Shown: positions 49,279 through 60,738 of the stretch, piece after piece
Layout of the letters: each line of letters starts with the position of its first letter
How positions within the stretch are numbered: the stretch's first letter is position 1
Assembly: GCA_965112155.1 (NCBI GenBank)
Contig: OZ218108.1
DNA length: 64,000 bases
Source: Podarcis liolepis
Lineage: Eukaryota
Direction: 5' to 3' (one strand)
Made by a program: the position numbers and the translations under genes
The notes under the pieces: model-generated
What the model was told of the DNA's origin: nothing
The model's database searches: none
The model's input: the letters and a program-made list of their open reading frames with translations, nothing else

Positions 49279-50899
49279 GTAATTGAGTTTTGCTTATCTT
49301 GTATAAATATATGATTCAACTGAGATTACTTTTTCTAAAGGTATTTTAAGACTTCCTTTGCCTTTTTCTCTACCCAAACTCCAGACATTTTAAGTTAGCA
49401 TTTATGTCTGCAGCAGCATCATAATGTATAGTGATGTGGCACAAGTGTAGTAATTGCTATACCTCATTATGCATATGTTTTTTGCTGGCTCATATTTCTG
49501 GGAACAGTTTTTTTCTTTTATAAAATCATTCCTTTTGACTGTGATCTATAGGAACTTTCAGTCATAAGTTAAGTTCACTTCCTTCAAATTACTGAGTCGG
49601 CTCTCTTTTAGCCTTTTACAACTTCCGTGAAATATATAAAAAGCTCTTCAAGCTTTCATATCCTGACAAGCATAATATGCTCTATGTGAGCTTGTTTTGG
49701 TGATCTGGAGGTTGCAGCTGATGTAGAATGCAGAGGATACCTCTTGAATAGTGGGGCACTGGAAAGTCATTAGGCATTAAAGCATCTGAGTGCTTGCTGA
49801 CTTTTCTGCAGCCTTTTGTGCACAGCACCAGCTGCTCATTTTGACTAATGAGTAGCATAATCTAAATATCTTACCTCCTCCCATGTGCTCTACCACAGCC
49901 CCGAAAGATAAATGGAGAACATGCCCATTTGCCAAGATAGTAAGGTATCTCAGCAAATACTTTTTCATAGATTTATGCCTTGGAGTTTCTTCAAACCTTT
50001 TCATTTGATAGAGAGGAGGGTTTCTCCACACCTGCAGAAAGAAGGGGGAGCTTGTGGCCTGCTTCAGAAGTAACATTAAACCATGGTTTTGTACTAGATG
50101 GATAAGCAGAAACACAAGCAAGCCATGGGTGATCGCTCTCCTCTTCTCCAGTGTTGACTGGAAAGGGATTGAAAGCACTTCATGTTTTAAAGAAACTTAG
50201 GTTTATCATTGTTTCTAAACCACAGAAATGCTGGTTGGTGTAACATATAATTTGTTAAAAACAAACTAAGATCAAATTGTGGTTCCTGATCTTGGTTTGT
50301 ATAGTTTAACTAACGAGTTTCACCAGTTCAGGTCTAATGATATTTCGGTTAGTTAAAAAAAAAAACTGGAGGGGATGTTTCCGGTCCTCTTGTAGTCATG
50401 TCTGGAGAAGGAAGGGGGGGGGGAATACACGAGGCTGAAACTTGCTTCTGCTCACATAACACTAAGTCATAGCTTAGCGTTTTGTAGAACCAGTGTTCTC
50501 ATAGCAAACTTCATTATTGGTGTGTTAAAATTTTTTGTTTAAAAACACTTGTGAAGTTTGATCTTAAAGAAAGTGAAACATACATTATTTTACACTTCCT
50601 TTAAATTCTTAATTTATTGAAATGAAGGTCACAAACTTGTAACAAGATCTCTGTTTACGCTTTCACTTCTTTTCTAGTAGAGTATTGAACTTGAAACAAG
50701 TACTGCCTTTTTGGTGGTAGGGTTGTTATAGAAGAGTTTTATTTACCAGGCATGCAAGTTGAAGTACAGTCTTCACGTTTTATTTGAATCATGCAAATTA
50801 TAACTCATGGGTGAAACTGGTTTTGCTTGTATAGTGTTAATACAAGAGCTGTCTACTGTTTTATATAATGCATATCAAATGGGTGATTTTCATTTCCAG

Positions 50900-51040
50900 T
50901 TGTGTTTGTGGACCCTTCTAAAACGGAGTACCCACTGTCGTCCTTATCAAGTGACACTTTATATATGGTGCAGGTAGCAGCATACACAAAAAATGGAGGG
51001 AAAAGGGGTCCTGCTTTTACATTTACTACAAAGAAATTTG
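50900..51040 (+). CDS. IL6ST: gp130 coding exon 12: D6 C-part (VDPSKTEYPLSSLSSDTLYMVQVAAYT...FTFTTKKF)
   Basis: SSLxSDTLYMV signature; donor G|GTAAGT; 141 nt. Confidence 0.95.
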
Positions 51041-52046
51041 GTAAGTTCTTACATAAAATGTTTAATTGTTGAACTGCTCAGGACCTAGTATGAGTTGGTA
51101 GTGCCACATGTCTAGTTTCATACTTAGTTTAACCTTAAGTAGTACTCTGGTGTATTCCACACTTGATAACCCTCACTTGATCATCAAAAGCAACCATTGG
51201 TCTCATCTGAAAGGTGGCTTGAGTGGCTGTCCATCCATCATGTGATGCCATCTAGTGCCCAATGACAGAAATGGCACTTGAAGTCAAAGCATCCGCTTAA
51301 AAGAACTGGAAGGAATAGAATACCTGTGCATACCTGTGCATTGACTGAGTGCATTCCCTGTCTTTGGACACTAGGTGGCATCACACCACACAGGTTGGAT
51401 GGACACTCACTGAAAACATGAATTAAGATGGGTCAATGTTACATGTTTTCTCACCTCTGCATATTACCTAGAGATACCTTTTTATATTATCTTCACATAC
51501 TTAAGAGAGGGTCTTTTGAGTGGCTGTATCCGGGCTTTGGAACTCCTTACAGCGGAGGCTCATAGACCTAGCCCCCTTGTTGATGGCCTTCTGTTGGCAG
51601 GCAAAGCCCTTATGTAAGTGGGCATTTGACCTGCCAGGGTGGATTTGTTCTGCCATATTGCTGTAATTCATGTTCTCAATTAGTTGTCCTTTCTTACGTT
51701 TTAAATCTGCTCTTCCTTTCTTTTGATATTTTAATTGTATTACTGCTTATTTTGTGTGGATCAGTTACTTTTTATTCTGGATTTTATTGTTACTCACCTT
51801 AGGCTTTGCCTTATTATTTATTTTTAAGTAGGGCAAAAGTGTAACAAAAAAAAGCTTTTGCTTATTATGCCTTAAACCTTATCTAAATCATTTAAACTTT
51901 TTTCTCAAGCAAAGAAGACTAGGGTCAGGTTCTGAAAGACTTACTTTATACTAATGGATTTCATGTTTTTAAAATATGATTGTACTAAGCACAGCATTTT
52001 TCGGGAGATATTAAAAACATCTAACATTTTGTCTTTTACCTTTTAG

Positions 52047-52143
52047 CGGAAGGAGAAATTGAAGCAATTGTTGTCCCTGTGTGCCTAGCAATCCTGCTAT
52101 TTACTCTTTTAGGTGTATTATTTTGCTTCAACAAACGAGATAG
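52047..52143 (+). CDS. IL6ST: gp130 coding exon 13: transmembrane (AEGEIEAIVVPVCLAILLFTLLGVLFCFNKRD)
   Basis: Hydrophobic helix nearly identical to the recalled mammalian gp130 TM; 97 nt. Confidence 0.96.
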
Positions 52144-53367
52144 GTAAGCATCCTTATTTCAATACATTGCATGGATAATATGCTGCATTAACACTGAAAG
52201 AGGTATTAGGCAAAAGTTCTGAGTTCTGAATTTGCTCTGATTGGGTTTTTTTCCTTTCAGGCCCAGGGCTGTATTTCCTCATAGGCAGTCTTGAGGCAGG
52301 GAGGGGCTGCTGCTTGACACTGGTGGAGACAAAATGCCAGAGAAACAGATGTTGTTCTTTGGATAATAGGCTGCATTGCAGCCATGCAAAAAGCAGAACT
52401 TTGTACACTCATATGTCTCCATCCAGGCAAGCAAGGGCAACTATCACAATTCAAGGGCATGTACTAGCCAGGCAACAGCAGTAGAGAGCACAGGGTCAGG
52501 GAAAGGAGTATAGCTTGGGGTGGGTCCCATGTTCACATTCAGGCCCTGAGCCTGACATTCCCCACCCCTGCTTTTTGTAATCCTACAGAAAGAATTTATA
52601 ACACTACTCATATTTTAGTTGGTGTATGTGTGTGTAATAATTTACATATTACCTTTCAGCTCTTGAAAGTACCCTCAAGACAGTTCATAGCATTAAAACA
52701 GCTGATGAGCAGATTCACAACCTGGTTGGAATTAAAGCAAGTCAGAATCCTTTAGTTTTAACCCACCTGCCTAAACATTGTTGGAGCGGGGGAGTACAGT
52801 TATCTCCTTTTAAGCGAATGTTCCACAGCTAGGGTGCTGCAGCAGTGAAGGCCGTTCCATATCCTAGCCAGCCATGTCTCCTATAGAGATGGCACATGGA
52901 GCAGTGCATCTGGCTGGGGCGTGGAACAGAACATTCTTGGTTGTGTCATGGATTGTATGCATTTGTTTAGAAAGAAAGAAAACAGACTTTTGTAGTTTCT
53001 GGGCCTTATTGCCCCTTCCTTTTACAGCCATAGTGATGCTAAGTAAGGAAAACATTCCAACCTGGCCCAGTGCAAGTCTCTCCTGGCTTCCTTTTCTCAG
53101 TCAGAGCTGCCCTCACTGTGAAGGGGAAAGAGGCTGTCATTGGTTTTCCAGATCTAGCATCAGACCTAGAATACTTGAAACATCTTCTGTCTGCATAATA
53201 TTTTCCCCTATTCACAAGGTGTGGCCAAGACCACAGGATCCCTGTTCACCTATATACAGAACTCAAAAATCATAACATTGAGAATCTGAAAATTGGAGCT
53301 TAACATTGGTGTAAGTTTATTAGTAGGCACTTGCAATGCAATGACTTTTCTCTTGATCCTTTGCCAG

Positions 53368-53449
53368 CATCAAGAAGCACATCTGGCCTAACGTGCCTGA
53401 TCCTTCTAAGAGTGTTATTGCCCAGTGGTCACCACAAACACCATCAAAG
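53368..53449 (+). CDS. IL6ST: gp130 coding exon 14: Box1 (IKKHIWPNVPDPSKSVIAQWSPQTPSK)
   Basis: JAK-binding Box1 IWPNVPDP; 82 nt. Confidence 0.96.
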
Positions 53450-54501
53450 GTAAGAACAAAAACAGACTATTCTGAAGTACTTTGTCGTCCTCATCATTGT
53501 TTATTTGTATGATGCCTTTTCATAGTTAAACCACTAATGTGGCAGTAGGATGCAAAATGATAGTAATGGTTGGGAAATGAAAACAGGCTAGAATTAAAAT
53601 ATTTTATTGTGGAATTTAATAGCATCCATTCTTGGGATAGGAGTATCCATGCCACAAAAATTCTTCATAGTCCAACAGTAACTGTGACTTTGTGTTTAAA
53701 ACAGGACTTGCATTAACAGAAACAGAAACTGAGTCTTCAGAACAGTGTAGAGATGTTACAAATTGCTCCAGAAATTAGTAGCTGAAAAGTGTTGTATTGC
53801 AAGGGAAAATCTTGAGTGGAGAGTTGCTTCTTGGCACTTGACCTCTGCCACAAGTACAGAAAGAAGGGGAATAATAACTTGACACTGAAGGAAAGGGCAT
53901 TTCCGATATTAGGCCCAGAACGAGTGTTCACCGCCAGGTGCACTCTTGCACCATTGAAATAATAAATATGAATGCCTTTAGGGCAGAGGTGAACAGAAGA
54001 TAGATAACAAATTTCAGGTAGATCTTTGGATGGTTTTTAGTAGATTACTGATGTTGCTGCAAACAGCTGGAGATCAGAAAGCAACTTTTTCCTTTGGATA
54101 ACACTGCTGAAATAAAGCTTGGGGGGATTTGGAATAGAGAGCTCATTTCTGGTAATGAAAACAAATTCCTGGGCTGAGAGGCACTCAGAGGTGCTCTCAT
54201 CTTCAATTCTAAGAACACCTCTGCCCCTTTTTCTAATCCACTGAATTGTGCTTGGCTCCAGCTGGTGGATCTGTAGGGTCTGAGAAAAAACAAAGATCCT
54301 GCTGGCTTGAAATCTGCCTACTCCTTTAGGGAACATGGAGATTGCTACAACAAACTCTCATGTATTGAGATTTAAAGATGAAAAATAAAAAGAAATACCC
54401 AGTTAGATGCAAGCTCCAGCACTTCTCATTTGAAAAGTTGTGGAGGAGGGAATTATTGTTGCATTTTTGAATCCGTAAACATGGAAGAAACTTACTATCT
54501 T

Positions 54502-54547
54502 ATTAAAAATACTAAGTATCTTATTAAAGATACTTAGTATTTTTAAT
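54502..54547. repeat. Perfect 21-bp inverted repeat with a 4-nt spacer
   Basis: attaaaaatactaagtatctt-atta-aagatacttagtatttttaat. Confidence 0.9.
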
Positions 54548-54868
54548 CCGTTAAGTAGAAATAATTAATTTGCTATCCTGGAGAGAATCCAATTTTATAT
54601 ACAGAAACTTTTTGAACCATGTTTGGGGAATAATGCAAATATGGCAGTAGCACTGTTGTGAACTTTGAATAATTCAGTATTTAGGTGAGAGGGCGTTAAA
54701 GCCAAAAGACTGAATTGGAGCTGCACTAACTCGCTGTTCAAGTAGCTATAAGTCCTAGAAGGCTTTTTGAGTGCATGCTAACGACAGCATAATCTAGATC
54801 CTGAACATAGTTAATCAAGTTGCATCATTTAAAGGTAGCATTAATTAAATCTATGGTTTTTTCCTTAG

Positions 54869-55564
54869 CATTTTCATCATTCCAAAGATCAAATATATCC
54901 AGAAGGCAGCTTTACTGATGTCAGTGTGGTTGAAATTGACAAGAAGTCATTTTCCGAACAGGATCCTAAGCCTTTTGACTTGCTTAGAAAGGAGAAGAAT
55001 GCCTCCGAAGGGCACAGCAGTGGTATAGGGGGGTCATCCTGCATGTCTTCTCCTCGACAAAGCGTTTCTGACAGCGATGAAGGCGAACCTGCTCAAAATA
55101 CTTCCAGCACTGTGCAGTATTCAACTGTTGTACCCAACGGCTACCGGGACCAGATACCTTCAGTCCAAGTCTTTTCAAGGTCTGAGTCAACGCAGCCTCT
55201 ACTAGACTCGGAGGAGAGGCCTGAAGATCCGCCAGGGCTGGGAAGCGACAACTTGACACCAAGACATCGCTATTTCAAACAGAATTGTAATAACGATGAT
55301 ACAGTCATGGATGAGCCTCATTTGGATGGGGCAAAACAGATTTCTCCAATAAATGAGGAAGATGCTGCTGGACCTCAGACTTTGCAAATGTGTAGCTCTG
55401 GCCCAGATGAACATGATGTTGCCTTAGCAGGTGCTTTCCACCCAAGCCCCAAAGGACTAGCTGCAGAGTTTGAAACAATGAGAACAAATGCAGTGACAGA
55501 GGATGAGGTCCCAAAGTGTTACTTACCACAGACTGTAAAGCAGGGTGGTTATATGCCCCAGTGA
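54869..55564 (+). CDS. IL6ST: gp130 terminal coding exon: Box2 (VSVVEI), YSTV, YRDQ, STQPLL, YFKQ, YLPQ, GYMPQ*
   Basis: Includes ORF 54926-55564. SHP2/SOCS3 site (Tyr codon 55118-55120), di-leucine internalisation motif and four STAT3 YxxQ motifs are all present. Confidence 0.97.
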   Translation, partial: HFHHSKDQIYPEGSFTDVSVVEIDKKSFSEQDPKPFDLLRKEKNASEGHSSGIGGSSCMSSPRQSVSDSDEGEPAQNTSSTVQYSTVVPNGYRDQIPSVQVFSRSESTQPLLDSEERPEDPPGLGSDNLTPRHRYFKQNCNNDDTVMDEPHLDGAKQISPINEEDAAGPQTLQMCSSGPDEHDVALAGAFHPSPKGLAAEFETMRTNAVTEDEVPKCYLPQTVKQGGYMPQ

Positions 55565-57619
55565 GGAGACACTGCCACCAGTAGATACTGTTACATTATT
55601 GGTTCTGATAAGTTAAACTGTTTTATTAATCTTGCTTCTGCTGAACAATTCAGGTTCATTTATGGAAGAAAACGTGGACAACATGGGTTTGCGGACTTTG
55701 ATTTAAGTTGGAAGTTTCCACCCGTTCTTGCAGAAATATTCCTTCACGCACTACATGTCACTCAACTTTTCAGGCAAATTAGTTGCCATTCAGTTTTCTT
55801 CTGGGGCATCACACTTCTTTTAAAGTAAAATGGAACACACCTCGTTTTGTTAGAGGTAAAGGCATAGAGATGGAGACTGACTGTGAATACCTTCTTACAG
55901 GATGAAGAGATTAGTGTATTATATTATGAAATGTGCTCTTTTCATCAACTTTGTTGTCAGCTTTGTAAAAGTACAGTGTTTTATACTGGAACGACTGTGC
56001 TTTAAAAATAATCTGGAGACCAAATCTGTGGCCAAACCTATGGCAGAATCAAAATCTTAGATGGCATCTAATATTCCCAGATTAATGGACCAGAAACACT
56101 TTGTTTGGAAATGTGCCCTCCTTGCCAGTGAAGAACTACAAGCCAGTGGAGTGAGATATTTACATGAATCATGACTATCAAAATACTATTAACGTCAAAT
56201 GCCAGTATTTCATACCCTTCCTGTCTTGCAAATTGAGCCAAATCTACTGCCGTTTAAACACTTTTAGAACTCATAACCTGTGCACTTATAAGTGCACTTT
56301 TTTGTTTTTTATCAGGATAGACTTGGGTGAAGTAAACATATTTAATAATAGATAATGAAGTTATATATTAAGTGTGTTTTTAAGGGGGAAAGTCCACTGC
56401 TCTTTCTGACTGCCAATGCCAGGTTCTAGTATTCCCTGCTGCCATTATTAATTCGTAGAACAGAAAAAGAAAATTGCATAGCCATGGCGGACCCACAAAG
56501 ACATCTTGAAGAACTGCAATATTGGCACTCTGCATGGAGGGTTTTCTCTTTCGCCAATGAATAAATCTAGAAACATTTCTTGCAGATTCTGTTTGTATTT
56601 AATATAAAATCATTAAGTTGAGACTGATTTTTGAAGCAATCCAAAAGCACTACAATTGTTTTAACAGGAAATAAAAGTTAATTTGATTCTTCCTCAACAA
56701 TTTAACTATGGTAGTGATTGTGTTTTGAAATCTCAGTGGCTTTTACTTTATAAGCTCTTGCACTGTAATTGGTGGCTATGAAGATCAGCCAGCCAGTCTC
56801 TTAAGAATGAATAGCTGTAAAACACATTTTAATGTTTTAAGGGTTTCTTCTATAAAAACAATTGATTACAGCAATGTTCTTGGAGTTCATAAATTATAAT
56901 AATGAATTTCTGCCATAACCACCTCCAGACCTGTTTTTTTATGTTGAGCTAATAGATTTACTCTTCACCTGCTTGTAGTGCATGACTCCTTAATGCCACT
57001 TTTATGATGCAGTTATACTTCATCCAGTGCTCTAAAAATGTAATGAATGCCAACAATATTCAGTCCATAGTTTATTGTGATTTTTCTATTTTTCAGAAAC
57101 AAATCTTCCCAAGATTTATTTTGGGGGAAAGCAAAGTTAACACTGTGAATAGTGTTCTGGGTGCTTAATTAAACCTGCAATCCTAACACCTTACCTGGGA
57201 GTAAGCCCCATTGTGCTTTTTGAACTTGTCCTATACAGGCCCCAGTAAAATAAATGTAAGCTTCTCAGTGGCAAAAGCAGTCTGTTGTGACCATAATACA
57301 GTCTTCTTGTAGGGTATCACAAGTGTCAGAATCCCATTTTAATGCTTGAGCTGTCTGTCTTCATGTTAGTCTCCAACACAGACAATTTAGTTCTACAATC
57401 ACCTTACTTCATTACAGTTAAATATAGTTTAAAACACGTTGTTTGAAGTTTAGACTCGCCTTTCCTTGTTTAGCAAGGCTTACCTCATCAATATTTTAAA
57501 ATATTTTAAAATAAAATTTAAAAATGGATCTTCAGTGGAAGTACTCATGAAAGTTTTATTGAGCATTTTCAAAAGTTTGTCACAGGGTATGGTATGAGAC
57601 AACATGGAACTATACCTTG

Positions 57620-57724
57620 CTAAAGCTTAGTAGGTTTAGGTCTGGTCTGTCCTGAATGGGGACTACCTAAGAGTCATGCGTGCCTTGCCTTGGGTTCCAT
57701 AATGAAAGAAAGGCAAGCTATAAA
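57620..57724 (+). mobile_element. Degenerate 5S-rRNA-derived SINE remnant in the 3' UTR
   Basis: aagcttagtaggtttaggtctggtctgtcctgaatggggactacct aligns by eye to the 5S internal control region (AAGCTAAGCAGGGTCGGGCCTGGTTAGTACTTGGATGGGAGACCGCCT), followed by an L2-like tail. Confidence 0.5.
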
Positions 57725-59816
57725 TTGTTTTCCTTCTCTGCTACTCTAAATGCGCTATCCCTCTTGGTGATTTGTTATGCAGAACACAGAGTATTGTCTT
57801 GACATTTATTTGGGAGGGGCTGTCTCAATCAAATCAATGCCACTAACAGTGCAATCATATACATGTCTACTTAAAAATAAGTCCCAGAGTTCAATGGAGC
57901 GAGCTCCCAGGTGTGTATGAAATAAGAGTACAGAATTCTAGCCTTAAGTTAGCAATCCTATGCACACTTCCTAGTTCCATTGAAACCAGTGGGATTTAAC
58001 TTCTGAAGCTTTTCTGGTGTGCAGAGAGGAAATGTCCAATCGCCCATTGCCTGTGAAAGTTGGGCTTTAGTTCCACCTGGTGGTTGGAGGCAAGATGAAC
58101 TCTTGGGAAGAGGAAGCTCCCACAATTCAGTTTACTCCTGCCTTTGTGTATTGTTTTATACACCATTCTAATGTTGAAAAGAGAGTTTTGAGGTTTTGCT
58201 TCATTTGGCCGCACCAAAAGCTGATTTGTGACAGTAAAAAATAGCACCTAACATCTTCCTCAGGCATGTCAACACTAAATTGCCTGAATCCAGTTAACAG
58301 GCAATGTAAGGTAAAAGGTTATTTACATGCTATATATATATGTATCTTTGTGGGGGAGATTTCACATGTGACATGCTTATTTTCTGTATTAAGAAAGCCA
58401 CACTGCAGAAATTGACCTTAAAGCACTGCTTTCAAAAAATACAAAACAAAAAAAACCTGAACGCCTGTTTTTAAACCAGAGTTCTGAAGCAAGCTGAAAT
58501 AAAAATGTAACTTTTTTAAGGTTAAGTATTACCCATTCCTTTGTGAGAGATAGAATTGTTATGTAATAAAATTCTACATGTAATTTTGTTCATAAAATTC
58601 AAACTAATGTGGCATTAAGTGTGACTTATAATTAAACACTGTGGTTTATTTTATCATGCATGGATTTAAACCAGATTCTGTTCTTAAATACTCAGAATTA
58701 AGGCTGAGTTCAGTAGGACTTGCACATGGATGCCTTGCTTGCATTTGGTGTCAGTGGGGTGAAACAACAAAGACCTTCATACAAGCTCTGGGTTCAGATG
58801 TTCTGGAGCAATGCATTCCCTAACTCTGTATAGCATTTGTACATAGGCTGGCTGCAGGGATAGTACAAATACATTAACAGTTTATGCTGATACATGCATT
58901 CCATCCTATGTAATATGCTACCCATGTCTCTTTCTCACCCAATACTGCCTCCTTATGTTGCTTGTTAGCTAAAGTGATGAACCAACAAAATGTATGGAGA
59001 TATACCATGCTCTGTTCTGACTGCTGGATGGAATGTTAGCTGGAGAACTTTGTCTTTTAAGTCTGCAGAAAAGTTGGAAACCTCATTTGATTTCAAAACA
59101 GCTGTGAAAATTTGATACTGAACATCAGTATTGTAGCTTACTGCTCCAGACATATATCTGGTAAAGGTTCATAAACACCTTTTGATTGTCAACTCAGTAA
59201 TGCACACAGTGCTTAATTTTTCATCAGGACCTGTCTGTGCTGCAGCTTGATACAACCATTTACAATCATTCACATGACTAATCGCTGTACTCTAGGAGGA
59301 AGGTTCTTGTCTGGGGCAATTAACTAAGATGTACTTCTTACTTCCTGTCTGGCTTGGCTAGATGTGACCTGTTTCAACCAAGACCATACAAATGCAAGAG
59401 AAAATCTCAAAGATAAGGCACGGTCTTGAAGTTGCAGCCACTCAACTTCAATAGGTCACACTTTAGTGAAGACAACCTTCCACAAAAAAAAAGGAAAGCT
59501 GTGCAAACATCTTTCAGGCCTGCCTGGAGCAATTCCCAGAATTTATTGGACAGTTGTTTCAGGTCAACTGACAGTCAATTCAGCTCCCAACTAAGCACTG
59601 ACATGTAGTCAGCTGCTAGCATAAACAAGCCCTGGGCCATCCCTTATATAAGAACATCTGATACCCATTTTCATCTCTATATAGGTGCATGTTTGTCATC
59701 CTCACAGTGTTGTGCAAAGTATTGTTAACATATCTGTGTAGCCTTCAGTGTTTTTGGAGTACCGTATGTTGTATGTGTATGTTGCTTTTCTAGCTGCATA
59801 AGACTATGAAGTCATA

Positions 59817-59822
59817 ATTAAA
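59817..59822 (+). terminator. Candidate distal poly(A) signal ATTAAA
   Basis: Upstream TGTA motifs (59770-59779) and a downstream GT/T-rich element (gtgttttgctttgtgtttgttttgt, ~59856-59881). Confidence 0.5.
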
Positions 59823-60428
59823 AGTTGCCTTTTTGTTTCTCAGTATTTCCCAGCAGTGTTTTGCTTTGTGTTTGTTTTGTTACATTATATTCATTAGTGC
59901 AGTGGCTACAAAACTGTAGGTCCTTATATACTGCTGTGCTGGAAGAGAAATATTTTGGAAAAGTCTCACCTGTTTGATGCAGCCACCTCTACCCATTAAA
60001 GCAGATTGACATTCAAAGCATTGATCCCTTCTCTGCCACTATATGGGTAGCAACATCAATTGGAGAGAACAAGGATGTAGTGGGCTTCACTGAGGTGGTC
60101 TGTGCTACAGCTGAGTTAGAATCTGTAGCACAGGCATTGTTTACTGATTAAGAAATTCATGAGTCTGAAGGCTACCTCAAATTTTAATCCAGAAAAAGGA
60201 ACAGGTCCAGTTATTAAAAGTATGGGGGAAACATAGGATGGCATGCAAGGTAGCCAACATGATGCTCTCCTGCTGTTGTGGGCTCCTCAACCCAGCCAGC
60301 ATGGCCAAGAGTTAAGAGATGGAAGTTGTGAACTACAACACTTGTAAGGTTGGCTATCTCTGCCCTAGAGGCCACTAGGTCAGAGAACTCTTGCCCCTTC
60401 ACAAGTCCATCTCCTTTGTGCAGGACTA

Positions 60429-60738
60429 CTGTAGATTCCGCCGTATTAGGCAACTGGGTGTATTAGACAACCCCCCAAATTGGCACCTGCAATTTGGGGG
60501 GGTCGTCTAATATGCCCAGTCACCTAATACACCAGGCAGCTCCGCGCCGGGAGAAAGCTGCCCGGTGCAGAGCTGAGCCTGCCCACTGCTGGTTCCGCAG
60601 TGGGCGGCAGACTCCTCGCCGGGTGGCTTTCTCCTGGCGCGGAGCCCGCCCACCTTATACCCGGCGTATAAGGTGACCCCCGACTTTTTAACCTATTTTC
60701 CGGGGTTAAAAAGTCACCTTACATGCCGGAATCTACGG
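60429..60738. mobile_element. Tc1/mariner-pogo-like MITE
   Basis: TA-CTGTAGATTCCG...CGGAATCTACGG-TA (11/12 TIR match); GC-rich core. Confidence 0.8.

Larger units (their letters stand above)
27210..59845 (+). other. IL6ST: IL6ST (gp130) gene span; CDS join(31363-31429,32850-33161,34888-35026,36673-36827,38979-39130,41364-41520,44551-44633,45490-45709,47271-47447,48391-48492,49132-49278,50900-51040,52047-52143,53368-53449,54869-55564), 908 aa
   Basis: Manual splicing gives an uninterrupted frame with signal peptide, Ig domain, cytokine-binding module with WSDWS, three FnIII domains, TM helix, Box1/Box2, YSTV and four YxxQ motifs. Confidence 0.95.
55565..59845 (+). other. IL6ST: Probable long IL6ST 3' UTR
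   Basis: AT-rich, largely transposon-poor stretch with several AATAAA hexamers and a distal ATTAAA followed by a U/GU-rich tract. The 3' end is inferred. Confidence 0.55.

Noticed and set aside
54984-55529. Antisense ORFs over the last IL6ST exon
   Set aside because: Shadow ORFs of the coding strand.
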